A stretch of 64,000 nt of DNA, taken from Candidatus Wirthbacteria bacterium. Lineage in GTDB: Bacteria > Patescibacteriota > CG2-30-54-11. Positions 1 through 9,649 of the stretch are shown in pieces. Every line of letters begins with the position of its first letter. The first letter of the stretch is position 1. The stretch covers positions 4,156 through 68,155 of the forward strand of contig CAISZI010000028.1 of assembly GCA_903889905.1 (NCBI GenBank), given 5' to 3'. The notes under the pieces are model-generated. The model saw nothing but the letters and a program-made list of their open reading frames with translations. It had not been told where the DNA came from and searched no databases. The position numbers and the translations under genes are program-made.

Positions 1-1
1 T

Positions 2-3000
2 GACCAAAAAACAAACAAACTCTACTACACCAACAAAAACGGCAACAACAGAGTCATCAACACCATGACATTAAGTGAAATTGCAGGACAGCTAAGCGGC
101 GCGATTGACAATCAGATCCTGACCCCTGGCTTTGCCGATTGGACCCCTCAGCACTTGATTGTCGATGCACCTGTATTGAACAATGTCACGCTTTACAATA
201 ACCTCTACATGAATTTCCGGGACAAGCAACAGGACAGTATTGGTATTGTGAACAATACCACCGGCAAGACGATGACGGTGCAGCTCCCGCTCCAAAATGG
301 CACCGACATCGCACCCGTTATTACCAACCTGACAATCAACCAGATCCAGAGTGCCGCTCGCACCGTCATCTATGCACTGGATGCCACGGCCCACAATGGC
401 GCTTATGGTTACTGGAAAATTGTCTACGACAACGCCACGACCAGTTTTGGCAGCATCCAGTTCATTGCCCTGCCACTGACCTCCACCAACCGCAATTTGA
501 CTGACCTGGTGATCGATGCCATTCATAATCGCCTCTATGTCAGTGACGCCGCCAACAATCAGGTGCTGGTACTGGATGCCATCAAAGACAGTGTAATCAC
601 GACATTAAATCTGGTGGAAAACAGCAACAATCCTGCTCCGACTGCACTTGCTTTTGATGCTGCCAACAACCGTGTCTTTACACTCAATGCTGCTACGCAC
701 CAAGTTGGCCAGATACGTAATGGCTATATTTCTACCGATAGCCAGGGTTTCTATATCTTCCAGAATGTTCTGGGTGGTGCCAACTATCAGGTACAGGAAA
801 CCAATCTGCCCAATTACGTTTCGACTACCTCAGACAGGATCAATGTCGCCCTGTTCCAGCAGAATTTGAGCACCGATAACGACTTTGGCGACCGCATCAG
901 CGGCAGCATCAGCGGCCGCGTAACTCTATCGGGAGGTTCTGGAACAGGAATTAACGGGACAACACTCGCGCTGGCAAATTACACCAATTTTAATCTCAAC
1001 ACGACTTCTGTTGCTGCCGGTCAAACTGTACCGAGTCAACAATCACGTGGCGTGAACAGAACCGTCAACATCCCCATCACCTCTGACGCTGGCTTCCCCT
1101 CCAGTGGTGACGTGATTGTCTTTGCCATAGATCCGATCACCCATGTGCGCAGCAACTTTGAAATGTTCCACTATGCCTCGATTGACCGCACTGCACAGCC
1201 CTACAAACTGGTTGCCGACAATCCTTCATACGCCGATATCGGCGCCATCAACGATCCGATTGATCCTACCACTGGCCATGCTGCTGGCGAAACAGTCAGT
1301 TTGCTCAAATTCACCCAAGTCCAGACCAACGCCCACGGTGACTTCCAGTTTAATGACTTGTCCGAAGGTGATTACGCCCTGATTGAAACCATACCAAATG
1401 GCTATGCCGCTGCGACGGACAGTTTCTATATGCGACTGCAGCTCAGCAGTTTAAACAGCAACATCAACAACGCCAATTTTGGCCTGACTGTCCTGCCCAG
1501 CTCCGTTTCCGGCTCAGTCTACTATGACCAGAATGGTAATGGTGTGCGTGAATCCACAGAATCGGTCTTCCCAGCTTTTGGCCAGATGACAACCATTGCC
1601 ATCAACTTATTCCAATCCACACAACTTGCAACCGATACCCCTTTCCGCCAGACCACCATCAACATTGATCCTTCGACCAATAGTGGCAATTTGAGCTACT
1701 CCTTCAATGATGTGCCGGTTGGGAATTATCATGTAACCCTAAGTGGCATGCCCACGAGCTGGACGACAAGCACCAATAATCCTCGTTCTACATTCAGTCT
1801 GGGAAATGCACTTTCCCAACAGGGTGAAGACTTCGGCATCTGGCTGCCCACCAGTATCTCCGGTGTGGTTTACAACGACAGCAATACGAACGGTCAGCTC
1901 GATAATGGCGAAACCGGAATTGCCTCCGTGCCACTCACACTGGCTGATCTGAATCTCTCTACGCTGTCGACATCGATCACAAATATCGAAGGCGTCAGCA
2001 CAAATACAGCCGCTCTAACGGTTAAATTTAATCAAAATGGGTATGACACGATCAGCAATTTCCCGCAAGCCGGACTCGCTCTGATCTACGGTGCTGCTGC
2101 TGCCCCCAAGACAGGCGAATTAGTCGCCTACACAACCCAGAATGGCACTCTGCATCTCACCCAACGTGGCATTGGTGCTGCTTCACCACAACTGGGCGTT
2201 GATCCAGCCACGGCAACGGTTGTCGATGGCAAAGGAACTGGCTTTATTACGTACAAAATTGCCAGCTGCCTGACCGAAACCTGTAACACACCCAATATTA
2301 GTCTGCCTTCGGCGTCGCTTTATGTGACCAAAATTGCTGATAGCACTCCAATCAAACTGATCTGGACCAACGTCCCGGGCGCCAAAGCCTATCGTATTTA
2401 CAAATCCATTGATGGTACGCATCAGGGCATACTGGCTACAGTGGTCGAAAACACCGACACCTTCACCAATCGTGTCTTTAGCGACAACAACACGGTACCC
2501 ACTGGTGGCAATAGTGCCTTTATTTCCGGCGTGGAAGCGTCTGCGGCCAAACCCATCGCCATTGGCGACAACATCATGCCAGTCGGCTCACGCACAACGA
2601 TCACCGACGTGAGTGGCCATTATGCCTTTGCCAATCTAGCTCAGGGCATCTATCGCGTCATCGAACAGCTCCCTTTTGGCTACTATGCCACCAACGATGC
2701 GGATCAATATGACATTGTCCAAAATACCCAAACCGACACCGGCAATAATCTGAATACCTACTTTGCTGATACTTCCAACCATTCAACCGACTACACCAAC
2801 ATCAACTTTGCCAATACACCTTATCTCTCCAGCCTCAACGGCATTGTTTTCAATGACCTCAATGCCAATGGTTTCTATAACAGCGGGATTGACGGGTTCT
2901 TGAACGGCGTACAAGTTGACCTCTTCAAAGGCACCCTCACCCAGGATCAAATCAATAACCAGACACCGTTTACCACGACGACAACCAACAGCAACAATCC

Positions 3001-6000
3001 TGGCACCTACACTTTTGCCAATCTGCCGACTGGCGCCTACACGATCTTTGAAGACCATGCCCATTCCGCAGTCCTGACCAGCTCGAACTATCTCTCAACC
3101 ACTGCCAATATCCTGTATGTTTATGTTGAACCCAATGCCAACCAGGATGGCCTTAACTTCGGCGATTACCTCCCCGCCAGCGGTACGATCAGCGGCATGG
3201 TTTACAATGACAATGGCACTGGAACTGGCGCTACAGCCGGAAATGGCGTGCGCGAGGGCAGTGAACCTGGTCTAGCCGGCGCTACCATTGAACTGCACAA
3301 CAATACCCAGAACGGCCCACTTTCCACCCTGCCGATGTTCTTTGATAATTTCCGTGATACCACCAACACCATCACCGCCAATCCGAACTACTACAAGGCA
3401 GTTGAAGACCAAGCCAATAACCGCATTTTTGTCTCTGACACCGCCAATAACCGGATCCTGATCATGGAGCGCGGAGCCGACTACGTCAGCCCGATCTTTA
3501 GTCAATTTGACCTGTCGCACCCACAGGTAAATCCAGCCGTTGCCGCTTGTCTCGCACCCAAAGGCATTGCTTTTGATGGCGCCCATACCCTGTACGTGGC
3601 TTGCTCCGGGTCAAACACAATTCAGACGATCAGTACACTGAATGGCGACCGTACGAGCTGGGCGCCCAATGATGAGCAATATCTGGTACCCACCGACCTT
3701 GCCTTGAGCAGTGACAATAGTCAATTGGCAATTATCTACGACGGAGCGACAGGGGCGATCCAATTCATCAACCCTGCCACACATACGATCCTCACTTCTC
3801 AAGTCAGTTTTTCCTTTAATGGCAGTAACAAGGCTACCCATATTGTGCGTGCGTCTGATACGGGTTGGGATCGTTACCTTGTCAGCTTTGATGCAATGGG
3901 CATCGATTCCGTGGCAATTTCCTATGATCAATCTGCAAACCCACCGTATTCCATTCACCACCAGACCGCTGCCACGCTGGGACTGACTACTGCTATGCCG
4001 GTCTCCAAGTTGGTGGTTGATAGCAGCGTCACGCCTCGCGTCATTTACGGCGTGACCGGTTCCGGCTATGTCAAAATCGTGCCGACTTATGCAAATGGCA
4101 ACTATACCAACGATGCCTACACCCTGACCAGCCATTCCTTCTCACCGATTAGCCAGGTTGTCGACCTCAGCCTGGACACGAATGCCAAACGCCTCTTCCT
4201 GCTGGACAGTAACCATGCAGTACATGTCGTGGACAGCACCAATGACACCTACGCTTTACTGGTGGGCGGGACCAATAGTGGCACACCACAACTGATCATT
4301 GCCTCGCCATTTATTACGGGTTCGAACTCGATCCTGCCTGATCCGGCCTATCATCAAGTCTTTGCCTTCATCAGCAGCAATCCCGCCAGCGTGGATATCT
4401 TTGCCGACAGCATCACCCACAGTGCTGCGGATGGCACATTTAATTTCCGCAATATCCCAACCCCGGCTAATTATTCGATCACTGAAATCAATCCCAATGG
4501 CTTTGCTTCCTCATCACCTGACACGATCGAAGTATCTTTGACCCTGGGTGGTAATTCCCTCAACAACAAGTTTGGTGACTGGCAACCACTGGGTGCCGCG
4601 CCCTTAAGTATTACCAAACATTACGACACCAACTACGACGCAATTCCCAATGGTACCGCAAGTGGCGCAACTGACTGGACAGCCAACAATAAGCCCGTTC
4701 GTGCTGGCGGCATCATCAGCTATGTGCTGCAAGCAACCAATAATTCCAGCCAGAGTACTTACAATTACTTCTTCCAGGAAACCATCCCCGCCAATGCAAC
4801 CGTGAATGCCAACAACGTCTTCTTGCTGCAGCCGATCAGCGGTGGTGCACCTTTGACTGCGCCTCTTAGCGGTCAACTCGGCCAACCGTTGACCTCGCCC
4901 ATCACCATTGGCAACACCAGCTATCAGATCTATGAACCCACCAGCAGTTCGATTACCATCACCGACTCCAACCGTGACGGGATTGTGGGTGACGCCGGTG
5001 ACAAGATTACCTGGAGTGTGCTCTCGGAAGGTATTCCTGCCAATGGTTCAGTCTATGCCGGCTTCCAGGCATTTGTATTGCCGGCACTTGCCGCCAATGT
5101 GACCTCGATCACCAATGCAAAAGACAATTACTTGGTGGATGTATCCAATCCCGACCTGCCCAAACAATCCGGCAGCATTGATGTCGTCACGCCAGTCGAT
5201 GAACTCGCATCCTTTGACGGAACCGGCAATGGTAAAGGGATTGAACTTGCTTACAGCAGTGACAATAAAACCTACACAGACAATGGCAGCGACATAACTC
5301 CAGGCCAGATCGCCGAATACCGCGTCGCGTTTAAGAATAATGGTAAAAAAGGTGCGACCAATGTTGCCATTACTGACAATCTACCCAGCCAGACACTCGC
5401 CTTTGTTGACCAAAATTTTCAGCTCACCATGTACCATGCCGCCAGCGGTACAGTTTCAACCAGCACTACGTCAACCAATGACGGCATTGCCACTATCAAT
5501 CAGGCCAACGGCGCCATTACCGCCAATGTCCACAATGTTCTGGTCGGCGACTACGGCTTCCTGACCTTCCAGGCCCGCGTCAATCGGTCCCTCGACAATG
5601 GAACGGCTGTTAACAACACCGCAACGCTCGTGGCAACAACACAAATTGATGCCACCCATACCAAAAACACGACCTGGACTTTCTCCACAACCAATACCGT
5701 TAAAAGCAATCCCAATTTGGAAGTAACCATTACCAATAATCCAACCAATCTCGTGGTGGCTGGCAACAATATTACCTACACAGTCAAAGTGGCCAATACC
5801 GGCACCATGACGTCTTACAATACCCAGGTCTTTGACGGTATCCCACTGGGGACGACTTATGTTGCTGGCTCAACGCAAATTTCTGATACCTGCAGCAGCG
5901 GCTATACCACGATTGCCGATGGCAATGGCGGTGCACCGCTTGCCCGCGCCGGTGACTGGCTCTTGCCCATCAACGGACAGCTCGATGCCGGCACCAGCAC

Positions 6001-9000
6001 TTGCTATCGCTTTACCGTTTCGACCAAAGCAACGTTACAACCGGGTTATTCGGTCAAAAATGACGCACTTGCGATTGGCTACAATCAATCTGGCAGTGCC
6101 AACTGGATTGATGCCAACAAAATCACGGCAAATGCTTCTATCCTCAATACCATTGGCCGTCCTGAATTTGACCAAAAATCTGCCAAAGCCGTGGCGTTTG
6201 CCCCCAATGGCGACATCCTTGGTGACGGCGCCTACAATCCTGGCGATACCGTGCGCTATACCATTCACCTCGAGAATACGGGTAATATGCCAGCGACGAA
6301 CGTGAGACTGATCGATCCACTACCGTCAGCACTAACCTTTGTGCCTCACAGTGTCACGCTCGACAAAATCGGCAAAGACGAAAGCCAGGCTGCAATCTGG
6401 GACAATACCAGCAAGACGCTGACGATTGCGATTGACGCCATGGCCCCGGATGGCAAGACGGATATCACCTTTGACGCAGTGATTAATTCCCCGCTCGATA
6501 ACGGCACAACCATTACCAACATTGCCTATGTCAGTGACACGGAACATTACAATATCAATCTAACCAATGACGCAAATGCCACGCCGCTTCCAGCACAAAT
6601 CAATAATATTGCCAATCCAGCCTTCACCAGTGCCATGAGCACCTCCTTCAAAGTCGCTTCCCGTCCGATCTTCACAGCCACCAAGACTGCCAGTCCTGAG
6701 CCCACATCGATTGTTCTCCAGGGCGACACATTGACTTATACGGTGACCATCACCAACACCGGCAACATGACCGCACATAATACTGTGGTCGCGGATGTGC
6801 TCGATGGCGCGCTGGTCAGCCCCAATTATTCCAGTTCGCCCTTTGCGACGCAGTTTGATACCATCACCCGTACCGAAATGTGGAATATCGGCGACCTGCT
6901 CCCGGGCGATGCCAACAAAGTCACCCTGATCTATAGTGCCCGCGTTTCCAGCCAGGCGCCAGACCTGACCCGTATCCACAATTTTGCGACCATGTATGCG
7001 GTGGGAGCTATCCCGACCAATACCAATACCGTCACCCACATCGTCCACCCGGCGCTGATTGTCAGCAATGCCAAACTTGTCCGCCTCGTCTGCGATACCT
7101 CCGGCGTCTGCAAACCCAACAATGACGGCGTCCTCAATCCCGGCGATATTGTCCAATACACCATCCGCATGGCCAACCGTGGTCTTGGCGTCGCCAGCAA
7201 TATTCACGTGGTTGACACGCTGCCTACCAACATGAGCTTTGTCGATGCCAATCCTGTCGCCCGCGTCACCGGCAATACGATTGACTGGGAGATTCCGAGC
7301 CTGAACGGTTTCAGCACCATGGACATCATCGTCAATGCCAAAGTGAACGCCGGTACCGAATGCAACACCACCGTCTCCAATGGCGCCCAGATCACCTACG
7401 TGGGTGCGGACAATACGGACAACACCACAACCGTCAACATCATTTCGCCACCCGTCAGCGTCTGCAGCCCGGTTGTCTCCTATGACCTGACCCAAAGCAG
7501 CATTACGGCAACCATGAAAACCGACGCCAATCACGACAGCAAACTAAACAGTGGCGACACCATCACCTTTAACGTCAATTTAAACAACACAGGCAATGGC
7601 GACGCTACCGGCATTAATGTAGCTGACGCTGTCCCGCTCTACACCACCATCGTCCCCAATTCGATCACCCAAAATGGCGCCTATGATGCCACCACCAACA
7701 AAATCAGCTGGACCAATGTGACGGTCCAAAGCGGTGGAGCCAACAAGGTTCTTTCCTTTGACGCCATGGTCAACCCTTCTGGTGTCTCGACCGACGCCAA
7801 CAATCCGACCGTCATCAAAGACAATGCAACCGTCCAGGGCAGCGTTGGCGACCAGAACATCCTGATCGGCCCCACGCTCTACAGTGAACGCCCACTGACC
7901 TATCCCGACTTCACGATATCGACCAAAAATGTCTCGATCAGCAGTGACCTCAACAAAGATGGCCAGGTAAACAATGGCGACACGCTGCTCTACACGATCG
8001 TTCTCAAAAACACAGGGAACGCCACCACCAACGTCGTGGTCTATGACACCCTCCCGCCGGGTCTGGATTGGGTCGCAGGCAGCCTCACGACCAATGACAA
8101 CATCAGCATTGACGCCAGCAATGGCAATGCTATCTTCTGGACGGTCAAAAACATGGCCGGTGGCAGTTCTTCTAACCCTGCGTTGCTCACCTTGACCGGT
8201 AACGCCCTGGTCAAAAATGTTGCCCCGGACAAACTGCTGCTCTGCAACAGCGCCCACATTACCGGTATTGACGAAGGCTCAATCGCCACCATCAATGACA
8301 AATGCATTTGTATCAATAACGTATCGAATATAACCGCCACCAAGACCGTGGCCAACATCACCCGCACCGACGGCCAGTACCGCATCGGCGACGTCGTCAG
8401 CTACACCATCACCGTCACCAACCATGGCGCCAATACGGCCAATAATATCAACATCGACGACACGGTGGACGGCAACCTGATTTACCAGAGTGGCTCGATC
8501 AAAGGCGGTGATAGTCGCAACGACAGCCAGGCACCCAATCTGCACTGGACCATCAATCAACTTGCCATTGGTGCCACCGCGACACTCACCTTTGACGCCT
8601 CCATCCGTTCCGGACTACCGGGCGGCACCGTCATCTCCAACAGCGCCAATGTCTCTTCCACCGACCAGAACAATCTCAAAGCGGCTGCACCAGATATTAC
8701 ACTCGCCGCCATGCCTTACTTTGGCGCCTCCAAAAAGTCCGCTGACCAAACTGCGGTCAAACCTGGTAATGTCATTACCTACACCATCAATGTCCAAAAC
8801 AGTGGCAATCTCGCTGCAACCGGTGTGAACTTCACGGATGCGATCCCGGCCAATGCCTCACTGGTAGCCGGCAGTGTCACCCTGGATGGTCAAGCCCAGG
8901 CCAATCCTACTGGTGCGATTGCCATCGGCCTCGGCAATATGGACATCAACGCCAGCCACACCATCACTTTCCAGGTACTCAGCGGCGCCAACGAAACCGG

Positions 9001-9220
9001 CTACAACCAAAAAATCATCAATACCGCGACCATCACTTCCACCGAAGCCGGTGCCAACAAGACCAATACTGTCACCATCACACTGAAGACGCCCAAATCC
9101 ACGGCGACGACGGGTAACGCCAACCTGATTCCGATTTTCCTCCTGGTCTTTAGCGTTATGGCAACGGTTTACATCGGTGGGAAGAGAATGCTCCGCAAGC
9201 TGCGGCAATCCAAATTGTGA
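2..9220 (+). CDS. Giant surface protein, 5'-truncated (>3070 aa): SdrD-B-like repeats, beta-propeller inserts, ~10 DUF11 repeats, C-terminal membrane anchor
   Basis: Frame is open from base 2, so the true start lies upstream. Repeats ISGxVxxDxNxNG...TDxxGxYxF...NFG; ten xGDxxxYTIxxxNxG (DUF11-type) units from ~4610 to ~9080; ends TATTG, hydrophobic helix, KRMLRKLR. Confidence 0.85.
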   Translation, partial: DQKTNKLYYTNKNGNNRVINTMTLSEIAGQLSGAIDNQILTPGFADWTPQHLIVDAPVLNNVTLYNNLYMNFRDKQQDSIGIVNNTTGKTMTVQLPLQNGTDIAPVITNLTINQIQSAARTVIYALDATAHNGAYGYWKIVYDNATTSFGSIQFIALPLTSTNRNLTDLVIDAIHNRLYVSDAANNQVLVLDAIKDSVITTLNLVENSNNPAPTALAFDAANNRVFTLNAATHQVGQIRNGYISTDSQGFYIFQNVLGGANYQVQETNLPNYVSTTSDRINVALFQQNLSTDNDFGDRISGSISGRVTLSGGSGTGINGTTLALANYTNFNLNTTSVAAGQTVPSQQSRGVNRTVNIPITSDAGFPSSGDVIVFAIDPITHVRSNFEMFHYASIDRTAQPYKLVADNPSYADIGAINDPIDPTTGHAAGETVSLLKFTQVQTNAHGDFQFNDLSEGDYALIETIPNGYAAATDSFYMRLQLSSLNSNINNANFGLTVLPSSVSGSVYYDQNGNGVRESTESVFPAFGQMTTIAINLFQSTQLATDTPFRQTTINIDPSTNSGNLSYSFNDVPVGNYHVTLSGMPTSWTTSTNNPRSTFSLGNALSQQGEDFGIWLPTSISGVVYNDSNTNGQLDNGETGIASVPLTLADLNLSTLSTSITNIEGVSTNTAALTVKFNQNGYDTISNFPQAGLALIYGAAAAPKTGELVAYTTQNGTLHLTQRGIGAASPQLGVDPATATVVDGKGTGFITYKIASCLTETCNTPNISLPSASLYVTKIADSTPIKLIWTNVPGAKAYRIYKSIDGTHQGILATVVENTDTFTNRVFSDNNTVPTGGNSAFISGVEASAAKPIAIGDNIMPVGSRTTITDVSGHYAFANLAQGIYRVIEQLPFGYYATNDADQYDIVQNTQTDTGNNLNTYFADTSNHSTDYTNINFANTPYLSSLNGIVFNDLNANGFYNSGIDGFLNGVQVDLFKGTLTQDQINNQTPFTTTTTNSNNPGTYTFANLPTGAYTIFEDHAHSAVLTSSNYLSTTANILYVYVEPNANQDGLNFGDYLPASGTISGMVYNDNGTGTGATAGNGVREGSEPGLAGATIELHNNTQNGPLSTLPMFFDNFRDTTNTITANPNYYKAVEDQANNRIFVSDTANNRILIMERGADYVSPIFSQFDLSHPQVNPAVAACLAPKGIAFDGAHTLYVACSGSNTIQTISTLNGDRTSWAPNDEQYLVPTDLALSSDNSQLAIIYDGATGAIQFINPATHTILTSQVSFSFNGSNKATHIVRASDTGWDRYLVSFDAMGIDSVAISYDQSANPPYSIHHQTAATLGLTTAMPVSKLVVDSSVTPRVIYGVTGSGYVKIVPTYANGNYTNDAYTLTSHSFSPISQVVDLSLDTNAKRLFLLDSNHAVHVVDSTNDTYALLVGGTNSGTPQLIIASPFITGSNSILPDPAYHQVFAFISSNPASVDIFADSITHSAADGTFNFRNIPTPANYSITEINPNGFASSSPDTIEVSLTLGGNSLNNKFGDWQPLGAAPLSITKHYDTNYDAIPNGTASGATDWTANNKPVRAGGIISYVLQATNNSSQSTYNYFFQETIPANATVNANNVFLLQPISGGAPLTAPLSGQLGQPLTSPITIGNTSYQIYEPTSSSITITDSNRDGIVGDAGDKITWSVLSEGIPANGSVYAGFQAFVLPALAANVTSITNAKDNYLVDVSNPDLPKQSGSIDVVTPVDELASFDGTGNGKGIELAYSSDNKTYTDNGSDITPGQIAEYRVAFKNNGKKGATNVAITDNLPSQTLAFVDQNFQLTMYHAASGTVSTSTTSTNDGIATINQANGAITANVHNVLVGDYGFLTFQARVNRSLDNGTAVNNTATLVATTQIDATHTKNTTWTFSTTNTVKSNPNLEVTITNNPTNLVVAGNNITYTVKVANTGTMTSYNTQVFDGIPLGTTYVAGSTQISDTCSSGYTTIADGNGGAPLARAGDWLLPINGQLDAGTSTCYRFTVSTKATLQPGYSVKNDALAIGYNQSGSANWIDANKITANASILNTIGRPEFDQKSAKAVAFAPNGDILGDGAYNPGDTVRYTIHLENTGNMPATNVRLIDPLPSALTFVPHSVTLDKIGKDESQAAIWDNTSKTLTIAIDAMAPDGKTDITFDAVINSPLDNGTTITNIAYVSDTEHYNINLTNDANATPLPAQINNIANPAFTSAMSTSFKVASRPIFTATKTASPEPTSIVLQGDTLTYTVTITNTGNMTAHNTVVADVLDGALVSPNYSSSPFATQFDTITRTEMWNIGDLLPGDANKVTLIYSARVSSQAPDLTRIHNFATMYAVGAIPTNTNTVTHIVHPALIVSNAKLVRLVCDTSGVCKPNNDGVLNPGDIVQYTIRMANRGLGVASNIHVVDTLPTNMSFVDANPVARVTGNTIDWEIPSLNGFSTMDIIVNAKVNAGTECNTTVSNGAQITYVGADNTDNTTTVNIISPPVSVCSPVVSYDLTQSSITATMKTDANHDSKLNSGDTITFNVNLNNTGNGDATGINVADAVPLYTTIVPNSITQNGAYDATTNKISWTNVTVQSGGANKVLSFDAMVNPSGVSTDANNPTVIKDNATVQGSVGDQNILIGPTLYSERPLTYPDFTISTKNVSISSDLNKDGQVNNGDTLLYTIVLKNTGNATTNVVVYDTLPPGLDWVAGSLTTNDNISIDASNGNAIFWTVKNMAGGSSSNPALLTLTGNALVKNVAPDKLLLCNSAHITGIDEGSIATINDKCICINNVSNITATKTVANITRTDGQYRIGDVVSYTITVTNHGANTANNINIDDTVDGNLIYQSGSIKGGDSRNDSQAPNLHWTINQLAIGATATLTFDASIRSGLPGGTVISNSANVSSTDQNNLKAAAPDITLAAMPYFGASKKSADQTAVKPGNVITYTINVQNSGNLAATGVNFTDAIPANASLVAGSVTLDGQAQANPTGAIAIGLGNMDINASHTITFQVLSGANETGYNQKIINTATITSTEAGANKTNTVTITLKTPKSTATTGNANLIPIFLLVFSVMATVYIGGKRMLRKLRQSKL

Positions 9221-9232
9221 GGTGTTGGGTCA

Positions 9233-9267
9233 GGCCGGTCCGGCGGTTGAGGTCCGCCGGACTGGCC
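9233..9267 (+). terminator. GC-rich hairpin after the giant gene (terminator or RNA processing/stability element)
   Basis: GGCCGGTCCGGCGG-loop-CCGCCGGACTGGCC, with only a short T run after it. Confidence 0.45.
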
Positions 9268-9298
9268 AAGCCCTTTAGATAAATCCAAAGAAGCTGCC

Positions 9299-9649
9299 AT
9301 GAAACTCAAATCCACAATTTATCTCGCGCTTTTCCTCCTGCTGCCCCAGGTGGTTTTTGCTGATGACTGGCAGGTCAATACGGTCTTCGGCATGGTCAAC
9401 ACCCAAAACACAGCGCTTAGTGATTATCTCAATCTCATCCTCGATTTTCTCTACGGCATCATGGGATTGGTCGCGGTCATTCGAATTTTCTACGGTGCTT
9501 TCCAATATATTCAATCCAACGGCAATCCTGACCAGGCCCAAAAAGGCAAACGCATTATTCAGCATGCGGTTTATGGTTTACTCCTGGTCCTGTGCGCCGC
9601 TGTGATCACGGTTACTTTTGTCACTATCAAACTACCCACCATCAAATGA
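9299..9649 (+). CDS. TrbC/VirB2-like pilin
   Basis: Signal peptide ending VFA, two TM helices joined by GAFQYIQSNGNPDQAQKGK (GxxYxxSxGxxxxxxxAK pilin signature). Confidence 0.8.
   Translation: MKLKSTIYLALFLLLPQVVFADDWQVNTVFGMVNTQNTALSDYLNLILDFLYGIMGLVAVIRIFYGAFQYIQSNGNPDQAQKGKRIIQHAVYGLLLVLCAAVITVTFVTIKLPTIK

Noticed and set aside
6560-8257. Long antisense ORFs (324 aa, 225 aa) and other overlapping ORFs in the track
   Set aside because: Shadow frames of well-supported genes, with no motifs
9592-9645. Upstream start extensions in the ORF track (also tlyA, maf, tgt, purN, purF)
   Set aside because: They overlap neighbouring genes or repeats; downstream starts fit family N-termini or RBS better
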